Shown here: positions 8,390 to 18,254 of the stretch, one piece after another
Layout: every line of letters begins with the position of its first letter
Numbering within the stretch: the first letter of the stretch is position 1
DNA from: Fidelibacterota bacterium
Lineage (GTDB): Bacteria > Fidelibacterota > Marinisomatia > Marinisomatales > TCS55
Direction: 5' to 3'
Length of the DNA stretch: 32,878 nucleotides
Assembly: GCA_027251445.1 (NCBI GenBank)
Contig: JAPNQO010000065.1
Location: forward strand, 1 to 32,878
Translations under genes and position numbers: made by a program
Notes under the pieces: generated by a model
What the model was told of the DNA's origin: nothing
The model's database searches: none
The model's input: only the letters and a program-made list of their open reading frames with translations

Positions 8390-10810
8390 ATGATTTTGCA
8401 ATTATATTCTTTGCCTCTTATGGTCCAAAAATATACAATAATTATATTTTTACTACTAAGCGCATATATAATTGCTGATGATTATCAGATAGAAAATCCT
8501 AATCAATTACGATTTCGTGAAATGGTTGCGACCAGAACTATTACGCCACCAATTATTGATGGTAATATTGATGATGAAGTATGGAAGAATGCATTAAAAG
8601 AAAGCGATTTTATTCAGTTTGAACCTTATAATCTTTCTCAACCTTCAGAGACTACAATAGCTAGAGTGCTTTATGATAATGATAATATATATGTATCCAT
8701 AAATAATTTAGATTCTCAACCAGAAAAAATTACCGGTAGATTAAGTCGACGGGATAGTTGGATGGAAGCATTTGGACCCCATTCGGATTGGGTAGGTATA
8801 GCATTTGATTCGAATGATGATGACCGAACAGGTTATTGGTTTGCAGTAAATCCTTTAGGATCTCGGATGGATGTATCTGTTTCCGGTGAAGGTATGGAAG
8901 CGTTTAATAGGTCTTGGGATGTTGTATGGGAATTTGAGGTAGCGTTGCATGATAGCGGTTGGTCTGTTGAGATGCAAATTCCAATAAGCGTATTTCAATT
9001 TGATGCCAATACAGATAATGATTGGGGAATTTTTATTGCTCGTCATATTCATCGGCTACAAGAAGAGGTCCAATGGCCAGGTAAATCAAAAGGGCTTAAT
9101 GGTTTTGTCCCATTTTATGGAGTGTTAAAAGGGATGGCGGATATACCATCACCAAAAAAAGCTGAAGTATTTCCATACATTTTAAATGGAAATAGCGATC
9201 AAACGAATGTTAGCTCCATAGGAATTGATATGAAATATGGATTAAGTGCGCAATCATCATTAAATATGACAGTTAATCCGGACTTTGGTCAAGTGGAAGC
9301 AGACCCATCTGTTTTGAATTTGACAGCTTTTGAAACACAATTTGATGAAAGAAGACCCTTTTTTATTGAGGGTGGTTCTTTTTTTAAAAACCGATACAAA
9401 CTATTTCATTCTCGAAGGATTGGTCAAACACCAGGATTTTTATTACCTGATGATGCTACAATAATTGATAGACCGGATGCGACTACAATATTAGGTGCTG
9501 GAAAAATTTTAGGTCAAACAGCAGGGGGCACTAAATATGGTATCATTGATGCAGTTACTGATGAAGAATACGGTAATTGGGAATATGAAAGTGGTGATTC
9601 AATTATTCAGCAAAAAGGTATGCTCGAGCCTATGACTAATTATTTTATTGGTCGGATAGAGCAACCAGTATTGAATAATGTGTCAACAATTGGCATCATG
9701 ATGACGGATATTAACCGAAAAAATTATGGTGGTGCGAATGTAATTGGACTTGACTGGTTTATGAAATTTTTAGATAATACATTGACATTTAAAGGACAGT
9801 TAGTTCAATCAAAAAAAGATGAAAAAGTAGGAAATGGAGCACGTTTCAATATTGGATATTTGGATCCAAGATGGTGGGATTTAAATTTTGTTGTTGGATT
9901 TACTGATGACAAATATGAGATCAATGATATTGGTTTTAATACCCGTAATGACACTTGGTATTATGGTACGTATGGACAGTTAAGGAAGCAAGATCCTTGG
10001 GGAATATTCTTATACAATAATTTAGAGTTTCGATATTTTATTAATGGAAGAGGAGATGGTTTGACCTTATCAAAATCCTTATCAATAGAGCAAAGAAATC
10101 AGTTAAAATCTTATTGGGATTTTGGTGGCGAATTGAATATGGAATTTGCTTCCTATAATGATGATGACACATTTAGAGATGATAGAGCATGGGTGTATAA
10201 ATCAGAGACAGAAGGCTATGGAATTCTTTGGTTCCAGACAGATAAAAGAAGAAAATTAATTATACGACCATATCTTGGATATGGACGTGGGGAGTATCGG
10301 CCTTGGGGTTATCGTGCGGGTCTAAATCTTAGATTTCGTCCTCGTGATAATATTAATCTAATGATTGAAGGGTTCCAAGATTTAGGAACAAAATCTATGG
10401 AATGGGTTGGCATTGAAGAGGATTCACTAAGCACTGATATTATTTATGCAAATTCTGCAGCTGTTATGAATGATATACAAGTAAGATTTAATTGGACATT
10501 TACTCCAGATTTAACATTTGAAGCGTTTTTTCAACCATTTACCGTAGATATGGACTATAAAAACTATTATAAACTGGTGGCTGAAAAAACTCGAGAGTTA
10601 GAACCATATTCCTACAATGGCAATCCTGATTTTAAGGTAAATAATCTTGTAGGTACTTTTGTATTAAGATGGGAGTATCGCCCAGGAAGCACTCTATTTA
10701 TTGTATATAATCTTCACAATGATAATTATTTTTCAGCAAGTGATAATTCTTGGAGTAAAAATAGTTCAAATTCTATTTTCTTAAAGTTTAATTACTGGTT
10801 TCAGATTTAA
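8390..10810 (+). CDS. DUF5916-type protein: N-terminal CBM9-like domain plus probable outer-membrane beta-barrel
   Basis: PPIIDGNIDDEVW, GWSVEMQIP, TVNPDFGQVEADP, ERRPFFIEG, LFHSRRIG, VLRWEYRPGSTLFIVY, aromatic C-terminus; true start may be ATG 8420 (signal peptide). Confidence 0.82.
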   Translation: MILQLYSLPLMVQKYTIIIFLLLSAYIIADDYQIENPNQLRFREMVATRTITPPIIDGNIDDEVWKNALKESDFIQFEPYNLSQPSETTIARVLYDNDNIYVSINNLDSQPEKITGRLSRRDSWMEAFGPHSDWVGIAFDSNDDDRTGYWFAVNPLGSRMDVSVSGEGMEAFNRSWDVVWEFEVALHDSGWSVEMQIPISVFQFDANTDNDWGIFIARHIHRLQEEVQWPGKSKGLNGFVPFYGVLKGMADIPSPKKAEVFPYILNGNSDQTNVSSIGIDMKYGLSAQSSLNMTVNPDFGQVEADPSVLNLTAFETQFDERRPFFIEGGSFFKNRYKLFHSRRIGQTPGFLLPDDATIIDRPDATTILGAGKILGQTAGGTKYGIIDAVTDEEYGNWEYESGDSIIQQKGMLEPMTNYFIGRIEQPVLNNVSTIGIMMTDINRKNYGGANVIGLDWFMKFLDNTLTFKGQLVQSKKDEKVGNGARFNIGYLDPRWWDLNFVVGFTDDKYEINDIGFNTRNDTWYYGTYGQLRKQDPWGIFLYNNLEFRYFINGRGDGLTLSKSLSIEQRNQLKSYWDFGGELNMEFASYNDDDTFRDDRAWVYKSETEGYGILWFQTDKRRKLIIRPYLGYGRGEYRPWGYRAGLNLRFRPRDNINLMIEGFQDLGTKSMEWVGIEEDSLSTDIIYANSAAVMNDIQVRFNWTFTPDLTFEAFFQPFTVDMDYKNYYKLVAEKTRELEPYSYNGNPDFKVNNLVGTFVLRWEYRPGSTLFIVYNLHNDNYFSASDNSWSKNSSNSIFLKFNYWFQI

Positions 10811-10822
10811 TATAGAATCTAT

Positions 10823-11257
10823 TTACTTTGATAGGTCTGTTAATTCTATATCGAGTTTATTAGCTAATTCGACAACTTTTTCGTCCCGATAGAATTCACC
10901 AAAATAAATTTTATTAATACCGCTATTAGCGATCATTTTAAAACAATTATAGCATGGTGATGCAGTAACATATATTTCACTATCTTCAATTCTTATTCCA
11001 TGTTTTGCAGCCTGAACTATTGCATTTGCTTCGGCATGTATTGTTCTGATACAGTGATCATTTACCATTTCATGCCCAGCGTCATCACAATGTTTTGCTC
11101 CTTTAATGCTACCGTTGTAACCAGTAGAGAGAATTGTTTTTCCACGAACAATAACTGCTCCTACAGATTTTCTATCACAGGTTGAACGGGTTGCAACTTC
11201 ACGAGCAATATTCATAAAATAATCGGACCAACTTACTCGATCTTGCTTATCAGACAT
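10823..11257 (-). CDS. dCMP deaminase family (ComEB-like) Zn deaminase
   Basis: RSTC, STGYNG, HAEANA, PCYNC. Confidence 0.92.
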   Translation of the reverse strand: MSDKQDRVSWSDYFMNIAREVATRSTCDRKSVGAVIVRGKTILSTGYNGSIKGAKHCDDAGHEMVNDHCIRTIHAEANAIVQAAKHGIRIEDSEIYVTASPCYNCFKMIANSGINKIYFGEFYRDEKVVELANKLDIELTDLSK

Positions 11258-11266
11258 TGTACAAAA

Positions 11267-11515
11267 TTATGATTTGCGTTTAAAAATTTTTACAGTTGAG
11301 CATGGCTCTCCATATACAATGTCATCTGCAAATTGGGAAAGTTGAGCAGTTAATATTAAATATGCCCAAGTAGGAACCGGGACAGAAGTACAACCTTTTA
11401 TCATTACACGTTTTGAATTATAATCTTGCCAATTGATAGCAGATACTTTTTCCCGAAATGACTTTTCTTTTATAATTCCATCATCAAGAAAGTCATCTAG
11501 ATAGATGGTTTCCAT
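11267..11515 (-). CDS. Short DUF2480-like protein
   Basis: GIIKEKSFRE..W..Y, IKGC..VP.WAY, YGEPCS resemble DUF2480; tightly spaced in the operon. Confidence 0.7.
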   Translation of the reverse strand: METIYLDDFLDDGIIKEKSFREKVSAINWQDYNSKRVMIKGCTSVPVPTWAYLILTAQLSQFADDIVYGEPCSTVKIFKRKS

Positions 11516-11523
11516 AATATTAT

Positions 11524-11784
11524 TTATTTTTTAATCATTTCTGTAGACATATAGGGTTTTTTATCGCCCATAAAATAATGATAGTCTAACACGGCATAAC
11601 CTTCATTATTTCTAGTTGGACAGGTACTACAACTTTTGGATCCATCCTTTCGATGGCGTACAATTTCTAATAGTTTTTCATCTGTATCTGCTGCCCCGGC
11701 AACGAGTTCCTCATCTGTTTCTACATACCATCTCATCGTTACCATATATTGGTATTTTTTTTGTTCACTTCCATTATCACTCAT
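11524..11784 (-). CDS. Hypothetical 86-aa protein with CxxC (SCSTCP)
   Basis: AAGGAG SD 7 nt before ATG 11784 (track start TTG 11790); fills the gap between sufS and DUF2480. Confidence 0.75.
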   Translation of the reverse strand: MSDNGSEQKKYQYMVTMRWYVETDEELVAGAADTDEKLLEIVRHRKDGSKSCSTCPTRNNEGYAVLDYHYFMGDKKPYMSTEMIKK

Positions 11785-11831
11785 GCTCAAACTCCTTTTT
11801 AGACTTTAAGTGCTATAGTAAAATAAGAAAA

Positions 11832-13046
11832 TCATTGGAAAATGCTGGCTGTTTTTTCAATACTTTCACAAAAAATATCTACATCTTCTTTTGTATTATA
11901 AATGTAAAAGCTTGCCCTGCTGGTAGCAAAAACACCCAATTTATCCATAATTGGTTGTGTGCAGTGTTGTCCAGCGCGTATAGCTATCCCATCTTGATCA
12001 AGAAATTGTGCTAAATCTTGGGGATGAATATTTTCAACTTCAAAACTGATTACAGGACCACGTTCTTTCTGATTGCCATGAATTTTTAGTCCATTAATTT
12101 GATTCAATTTATCCATAGCATATTTGGTTAATTTTTCACCATGACGATGAATATTATCAACACCTAGCTCATTTATATATTCTACTGCTGCTCCTAAACC
12201 AATGGCCTGAGCAATATTAGGTGTTCCTGCTTCAAATTTATAAGGAATATCATTCCATGTTGCATCATTCATAGAAACTGATTTGATCATTTCACCACCA
12301 CCCTGGAAAGGCTCCATTTCATCAAGAATTTCTGGTTTACCATAAAGAATGCCAATTCCAGTTGGGCCTAACATTTTATGTCCTGAGAATGCATAGAAAT
12401 CAGCATTTAAATGTGTTAAATCTGTATCTCCATGTGGAACCCATTGAGCACCATCTATCAATATTTTTGCTCCCACATCATGTGCCATATCAATAATTCT
12501 TTTTACAGGGTTAATTGTTCCTAATACATTTGATTGATGTATGACAGCAACAAACTTTGTTTTATTATTAAAATATTTATCAGGATCATTTAGATCAAGA
12601 GCTCCATTTTCATCTAAGGGAATATATTTCAAAGTGGCGCCAGTTGCTTTAGCAGCAAGCTGCCAAGGAACAAGATTACTATGATGCTCCATTTCAGTAA
12701 CTAATATTTCATCATTTGAAGATAAATTATTTCTTGCCCAGGCATAAGCTACAAGGTTTATTGATTCTGTGGTCCCCTTAGTGAAAATAATTGATGAATT
12801 TTCAGCGCCTATAAAACTTGCTATTTTTTCACGTGCACCTTCATAGGCCTGAGTTGCTTTTTCTCCAATTGCATATACTGCACGATGAACATTTGCATTA
12901 TACTGTGTGTAGTAATTATTTAATTTATTGAGGACAACTGTTGGTCTTTGAGTTGTGGCTGCATTATCAAAATAAATGAAAGGTTTATCTATACTAGAAT
13001 AGATAGGAAAGTCTTTACGAATTTGAATGGGATCAAGAATTTTCAA
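11832..13046 (-). CDS. sufS: Cysteine desulfurase/selenocysteine lyase, SufS type
   Basis: YFDNAATTQ, EHHSNLVPWQ, FSGHKM (PLP Lys), FEAGTP, RAGQHC; TTG start. Confidence 0.95.
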   Translation of the reverse strand: MKILDPIQIRKDFPIYSSIDKPFIYFDNAATTQRPTVVLNKLNNYYTQYNANVHRAVYAIGEKATQAYEGAREKIASFIGAENSSIIFTKGTTESINLVAYAWARNNLSSNDEILVTEMEHHSNLVPWQLAAKATGATLKYIPLDENGALDLNDPDKYFNNKTKFVAVIHQSNVLGTINPVKRIIDMAHDVGAKILIDGAQWVPHGDTDLTHLNADFYAFSGHKMLGPTGIGILYGKPEILDEMEPFQGGGEMIKSVSMNDATWNDIPYKFEAGTPNIAQAIGLGAAVEYINELGVDNIHRHGEKLTKYAMDKLNQINGLKIHGNQKERGPVISFEVENIHPQDLAQFLDQDGIAIRAGQHCTQPIMDKLGVFATSRASFYIYNTKEDVDIFCESIEKTASIFQ

Positions 13047-13053
13047 TGTAATG

Positions 13054-13614
13054 TTAGAGAAGTCCCATTTCTAATCGAGCTGCTTCGGATATCATGGATT
13101 GATCCCATGGAGGATCCCATACTAGCTCTAAATTAATTTCATCAACACCTTGAACATTTTTTACTTTTTGTTTTACTTCATCTGCTATTACTGGTCCCAT
13201 TCCACAGCCTGGTGCAGTGAGTGTCATTTTTATATCCACCAGTTTATCTCCGTTTTCTTTTGTTTCGAATTCACATGAATATATTAATCCCAGATCAACT
13301 ATATTAACTGGTATTTCAGGATCATAGCATGTCTTCATAACATCCCATACTGCTTTTTCATCTATTTCTGAATCATCAATATCATTTGATTTTTGTGCTG
13401 GTTCAGGTTTTTCTTTTCCTATAGCATCAGCATCATTCCCATCAATACGGAAAAGATTACCACCAATCATAACTGTATAACTTCCACCTAAAGCTTGTGT
13501 TATTTGCCCAGTTTCGCCTTTCTTTAAATTTGTTTTAGAACCAAATGGTATTGTTATTACCTCTACATCTCGAAGCAGAGTTACTTGTTCATCTATATGT
13601 GTAGGGTTAATCAT
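13054..13614 (-). CDS. sufT: Fe-S assembly protein SufT (N-terminal extension plus DUF59)
   Basis: ITQALGGSYTV...LFRIDG.DADAIG, then YDPEIPVNIVDLGLIY, MTLTAPGCGMG, WDPPW; ATG 13614 preferred. Confidence 0.88.
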   Translation of the reverse strand: MINPTHIDEQVTLLRDVEVITIPFGSKTNLKKGETGQITQALGGSYTVMIGGNLFRIDGNDADAIGKEKPEPAQKSNDIDDSEIDEKAVWDVMKTCYDPEIPVNIVDLGLIYSCEFETKENGDKLVDIKMTLTAPGCGMGPVIADEVKQKVKNVQGVDEINLELVWDPPWDQSMISEAARLEMGLL

Positions 13615-13615
13615 T

Positions 13616-14029
13616 TTAAACAACTAATTCATTTTGAATTTTGTGTATTGCAGCTCCAAAGCCATTTGTTCTTTGGCTACTAATAGAATCTCCAAGACCA
13701 ATTTCTTTCAAAATATTATCTCCATTAATTGATAATATTTCTTTTTTATTATGTCCATTGAATAGTCTTTGAAGGATAAATAGCAGACCTTTAACAATCA
13801 TTGCATCAGAATCTGTATGAAAATTATATGTTTTATCGGAGCCTTCTTCGCACAATATCCAAGCCTGTGAAGTGCATCCATACACTTTATTGTTATCATT
13901 CTGATCAGCTGGATTAACACCAGGAGATTTTTTTGCAATGTCTACTAAATAAATATATTTTTCTCTTGGATCATCAAAAATAGAAAACTCATTTTTTAAC
14001 TCTTCCATTTTATTTCGAATATCACTCAT
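13616..14029 (-). CDS. sufE: Sulfur acceptor SufE
   Basis: VYGCTSQAW, DSDAMIVKGL, SSQRTNG; ATG 14029 overlaps the sufD stop (TAATG). Confidence 0.9.
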   Translation of the reverse strand: MSDIRNKMEELKNEFSIFDDPREKYIYLVDIAKKSPGVNPADQNDNNKVYGCTSQAWILCEEGSDKTYNFHTDSDAMIVKGLLFILQRLFNGHNKKEILSINGDNILKEIGLGDSISSQRTNGFGAAIHKIQNELVV

Positions 14030-15303
14030 TATGTAATACCTGCATTTTCTAACCAAAAAGATAATTGTTTATTAATGTATTGATTAACATTTTTCTCAGA
14101 AATTATTTTCAAAACTTCTTTTGCAAATCCATTAATAAGTATTAACTGTGCTGTCTTATAATCTATGCCACGAGATCTCATATAAAATATAGCATCTTGA
14201 TCTAATTGTCCAGTTGTGGAGCCATGAGAACATTTTACTTCATCAGCATAGATTTCTAATTGTGGATTGGAATGAGCAACGGCACTATCATTAAGTATAA
14301 GATTTTTAGTGGATTGTTTAGCATCCGTTTGTTGCGCACCTTTTTTTACAATCACTTTTCCATTAAAAATACCTAATGAAGAATCTGATAGTATATATTT
14401 AAATAATTGTTTGCTTGAACATTTTTCTTTTAAGTGATTTATTGTAATAAAATGATCGTGGTGTTGATTGTCTTTAGTAAGACAAAGTCCATTTATTGTA
14501 GACGAAGCACCAATATCATTTAGATTTACATTAATATTTTGTCGGTATTTACTTGCCCCTGTTGCTAAATGAAATGCATTTAGGTGCGCATCTTTTTCTA
14601 CTATATAATTTGTGTCAGCAATATGAATAGAGCTTGCACTTTCTTCTTGTAATCGAAAATGTTTCAAAGACGAGTTTTTTGATAATTTTATTTTTGTTAC
14701 ACTATTTTGCCAATATTCTATATTTGTTGATCCATAATAGTGATCAATTATAGAAGCTTCAGAACCATTGCCTAGCTTAATTATAAATAAAGGATGGTTC
14801 ATCAATGGCTCATCTAGATCAGTAGTATAATTTATAATGTGAATTGGATCATTAATAATTTCATTATCATTCACAATGATCATTAAGCCTGAATTAATCA
14901 TTGCTGAATTAATATTATGAAATGGATTTGAATTTGGTGATAATAAATTATGAATTAATTCAGAGTCTGATTTATATGCTTCTTCGATTGTCTTTACAGA
15001 AACTTTACTACTAATATTTGAAAGCTTCTTTTGAAAATAACCATTTAAAAAAACTATTTGATTAGTATCATTAATGTCTGGAAAAGAATCAGGAAGTGAA
15101 GAAATATTTTTTCTTACTCCAAAAGCGAAGGACATTTTATTAAGTGATGAAAAATCTGAATATTTCCATTCTTCCCAATTTTTATTTGGCAGTCCTTGTT
15201 TATTGAATTCATTTAGAGCTTCGTTCCGCAATGAATTAATCGTATCAGATCCATTAAGTCCAAATAGTGGTGATTTATTTATTTCTTTATTTAAAAATTT
15301 CAT
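14029..15303 (-). CDS. sufD: Fe-S cluster assembly protein SufD
   Basis: EEWKYS, FNGKVIV, PQLEIYADEVKCSHGST, FYMRSRGI. Confidence 0.93.
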   Translation of the reverse strand: MKFLNKEINKSPLFGLNGSDTINSLRNEALNEFNKQGLPNKNWEEWKYSDFSSLNKMSFAFGVRKNISSLPDSFPDINDTNQIVFLNGYFQKKLSNISSKVSVKTIEEAYKSDSELIHNLLSPNSNPFHNINSAMINSGLMIIVNDNEIINDPIHIINYTTDLDEPLMNHPLFIIKLGNGSEASIIDHYYGSTNIEYWQNSVTKIKLSKNSSLKHFRLQEESASSIHIADTNYIVEKDAHLNAFHLATGASKYRQNINVNLNDIGASSTINGLCLTKDNQHHDHFITINHLKEKCSSKQLFKYILSDSSLGIFNGKVIVKKGAQQTDAKQSTKNLILNDSAVAHSNPQLEIYADEVKCSHGSTTGQLDQDAIFYMRSRGIDYKTAQLILINGFAKEVLKIISEKNVNQYINKQLSFWLENAGIT

Positions 15304-15304
15304 A

Positions 15305-16045
15305 TTAACTATCTAACCATCCATACCCTTTTTCCTCAAGTGCTTCAGCTAGTTCTTCACCGCCGGATTTTGCAATTTTACCATCAATTAATACATGGAC
15401 ATGGTTTGCTTCTAAATAGCGTAGAATTCTTTGGTAGTGAGTAATGATAACAATTGCGCGATCATCACGTCGATACTTATTTACTCCTTCTGCAACAATT
15501 TTTAGCGCATCTATATCCAGACCTGAATCTGTTTCATCTAAAATAGCTAGATTAGGCTCAAGAGTAATCATTTGTAAAATTTCGTTGCGTTTCTTTTCTC
15601 CACCAGAAAATCCATCATTTACACCACGGTGTAAATATTTTTCTTCCATTCCAACAATTTGTAAATTTTTTCGAATAAGATCTAAAAATTCTACAGCATC
15701 TAACTCATCTTTACCTTGGTGCTTGCGCTTTGCATTTAAAGCAGCCTTAAGAAAATAGGTATTATTAACACCTGGAATAATAACTGGATACTGAAAAGAC
15801 ATAAATATGCCTTCTAATGCACGATTTTCAGGAGTATCCTCTATTATGCTTTTATTATTGTATAGAATATCTCCACCTATCACTTCATAAGAATCACGCC
15901 CCGCAATAACATTTGCTAATGTGCTCTTTCCAGATCCATTACGGCCCATTATTGCATGTATTTCGCCATTATTAACATTTAGGTTAACGCCCTTTAGAAT
16001 CTCTTTCCCTTGAATTCTAACTTTTAAATTTTTTATTTCTAACAT
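15305..16045 (-). CDS. sufC: Fe-S cluster assembly ATPase SufC
   Basis: Walker A GRNGSGKST, GFSGGEKKRNE, LDETDSGLDIDAL, ITHYQR; start ATG 16045 (MLEIK). Confidence 0.96.
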   Translation of the reverse strand: MLEIKNLKVRIQGKEILKGVNLNVNNGEIHAIMGRNGSGKSTLANVIAGRDSYEVIGGDILYNNKSIIEDTPENRALEGIFMSFQYPVIIPGVNNTYFLKAALNAKRKHQGKDELDAVEFLDLIRKNLQIVGMEEKYLHRGVNDGFSGGEKKRNEILQMITLEPNLAILDETDSGLDIDALKIVAEGVNKYRRDDRAIVIITHYQRILRYLEANHVHVLIDGKIAKSGGEELAEALEEKGYGWLDS

Positions 16046-16049
16046 TTTC

Positions 16050-17501
16050 TTAACCAACACTTCCTTCAAGACTTACTTCCATAAGCTTTTGTGCCTCCAC
16101 TGCAAATTCCATTGGAAGTTCCCTGAAAACTTCTTTACAAAATCCATTAACAATTAATGATACTGCATTTTCAATAGAAATTCCTCGTTGATTACAGTAA
16201 AACAACTGATCTTCACCAATATTAGAAGTTGATGCTTCGTGCTCCATTTGTGCGCTTGAATTTCTTACATCTATATATGGAAAGGTATGTGCGCCACATT
16301 CGCTACCAATTAATATTGAATCACATTGGGAGTAATTCCTTGCCTTATCGGCATTTTTCATAACTTTTACTTCTCCTCGATATGTATTTTGTCCTTTTCC
16401 AGCTGAAATACCCTTTGAAATAATAGTGCTATTAGTATTTTTACCAATATGTATCATTTTGGTACCGGTATCTGCTTGTTGAAAGTTATTTGCTACTGCT
16501 ACGGAGTAAAATTCTCCGATAGAATTATCTCCTTTTAAAATACAACTAGGGTATTTCCAGGTAACTGCAGATCCAGTTTCTACTTGTGTCCAAGATATTT
16601 TTGAATTTGAACCCGAACAGATACCTCGCTTTGTTACGAAATTATATATGCCTCCTTTACCTGTCTTTGGATCACCAGGGTACCAGTTTTGAACTGTGGA
16701 ATATTTGATCTCAGCATCCTTATTAGCTATTAGTTCCACCACAGCAGCATGTAATTGATTTTCATCGCGCATAGGTGCTGTGCATCCTTCTAAATAACTA
16801 ACATGACTTTGATCATCAGCTATAATCAATGTTCTTTCAAACTGACCAGTATTCATTGCATTAATTCTAAAATATGTAGATAACTCCATTGGACAACGAA
16901 CCCCTTTTGGTATGTAAACAAAACTACCATCGCTGAATACTGCAGAATTAAGAGCTGCAAAATAATTATCTGTGTAGGGCACTACAGAACCTAGATATTT
17001 TTTTACTAGAGCAGGATGGTCTTGGACAGCTTCCGAAAATGAACAGAAAATAACCCCTGCTTTTTCTAAATCTTTTTTAAAAGTTGTAGCAATTGAAACA
17101 CTATCGAACACAGCATCAACAGCAACACCAGACAGCATTTTTTGTTCCTCCAATGGAATGCCCAATTTATTATAGGTATCAATTAATTCTGGATCAACCT
17201 CATCAAGACTTTTTGGGCCGTCAGATTTATCCTTAGGAGCAGAATAATAGCTAATGGATTGATAGTCAATTTTAGGGTAGTCTACTTTAGCCCATTTTGG
17301 CTCATCCATTCTTTGCCAATGCTTGAATGCTTTAAGTCTCCAGTTTAAAAGCCATTCCGGTTCGTTTTTTTTATGAGAAATAAAGCGGATAACGTTTTCA
17401 TCTAAGCCAGGCGGTATTGTGTCCTGTTCTATATCAGTAACAAACCCGTATTGGTATTCCTGAGAAGTAAACTCCTCAATAGTTTTATTTTGTGTTTTCA
17501 A
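16050..17501 (-). CDS. sufB: Fe-S cluster assembly protein SufB
   Basis: [56 protein letters not shown] start. Confidence 0.97.
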   Translation of the reverse strand: MKTQNKTIEEFTSQEYQYGFVTDIEQDTIPPGLDENVIRFISHKKNEPEWLLNWRLKAFKHWQRMDEPKWAKVDYPKIDYQSISYYSAPKDKSDGPKSLDEVDPELIDTYNKLGIPLEEQKMLSGVAVDAVFDSVSIATTFKKDLEKAGVIFCSFSEAVQDHPALVKKYLGSVVPYTDNYFAALNSAVFSDGSFVYIPKGVRCPMELSTYFRINAMNTGQFERTLIIADDQSHVSYLEGCTAPMRDENQLHAAVVELIANKDAEIKYSTVQNWYPGDPKTGKGGIYNFVTKRGICSGSNSKISWTQVETGSAVTWKYPSCILKGDNSIGEFYSVAVANNFQQADTGTKMIHIGKNTNSTIISKGISAGKGQNTYRGEVKVMKNADKARNYSQCDSILIGSECGAHTFPYIDVRNSSAQMEHEASTSNIGEDQLFYCNQRGISIENAVSLIVNGFCKEVFRELPMEFAVEAQKLMEVSLEGSVG

Positions 17502-17510
17502 GAGTATACT

Positions 17511-17876
17511 CTAGACTGAAAAGCTTGTACCGCAACCGCAGGAACGATTGGCGTTAGGGTTATTTATTTTGAAGCCTCCATTTAACATATCATCAGAGAA
17601 ATCAACTTCAATCCCTCTAACATAAAGCCAACTATTTATATCGCAAAATATTGTTAATCCATTACTTTCAAAAACTTTATCATTTTCACTTCTATTTTCA
17701 TCAAATGTCATCTTATAGCTCATACCTGAACATCCGCCTTGTTCAACAGACATACGTAAGCCCCAGCCTTCTTTTTCTTCAAGTTTCATTGCTTTTTGTA
17801 TTCTTTCGCAAGCTTGAGGAGTGACCGAAATAGATGCAGAGGCAAATTCTTTTAATTCTTTTTCTTTAGTATTCAT
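17511..17876 (-). CDS. sufA: A-type Fe-S carrier (HesB/IscA/SufA family)
   Basis: GGCSGMSY and NPNANRSCGCGTSF. Confidence 0.9.
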   Translation of the reverse strand: MNTKEKELKEFASASISVTPQACERIQKAMKLEEKEGWGLRMSVEQGGCSGMSYKMTFDENRSENDKVFESNGLTIFCDINSWLYVRGIEVDFSDDMLNGGFKINNPNANRSCGCGTSFSV

Positions 17877-17880
17877 TCAC

Positions 17881-18246
17881 TTATTCCCATTCTGAGTTTT
17901 CATTTGTTTCTGATGATGTTGGAGTAGGATAAAACCCTAGTTTTTGCTTTGCATCCTCACTCATCATCTCTGGTTTCCAAGCAGGATCAAAGGTTACAGC
18001 AACGGTAGTTTTATCTACCCCATCAAGCGATTCTACTTTTTGTTTTATATCATCTGCCATCTGATCTGCCATGCCACATCCGGGAGTGGTAAGAGACATA
18101 GTAATTTCGACATTTGTTGGCTCGCTTGATTGATTATCAAAATCTATATCATAAATTAATCCCAAGTTCCAAAGATCTACAGGTATCTCTGGGTCATAAC
18201 ATTGTTTTAAAACATTTATTATATCTTCTTGATCTAATTTTTTCAT
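17881..18246 (-). CDS. DUF59 (MIP18/PaaD-like) metal-sulfur cluster assembly factor
   Basis: YDPEIPVDLWNLGLIY, MSLTTPGCGM, FDPAW. Confidence 0.88.
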   Translation of the reverse strand: MKKLDQEDIINVLKQCYDPEIPVDLWNLGLIYDIDFDNQSSEPTNVEITMSLTTPGCGMADQMADDIKQKVESLDGVDKTTVAVTFDPAWKPEMMSEDAKQKLGFYPTPTSSETNENSEWE

Positions 18247-18254
18247 ATAAAATA

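Noticed and set aside
17511..17876. Possible second selenoprotein (HesB-like family can carry Sec)
   Set aside because: All three conserved positions are Cys codons and there is no in-frame TGA
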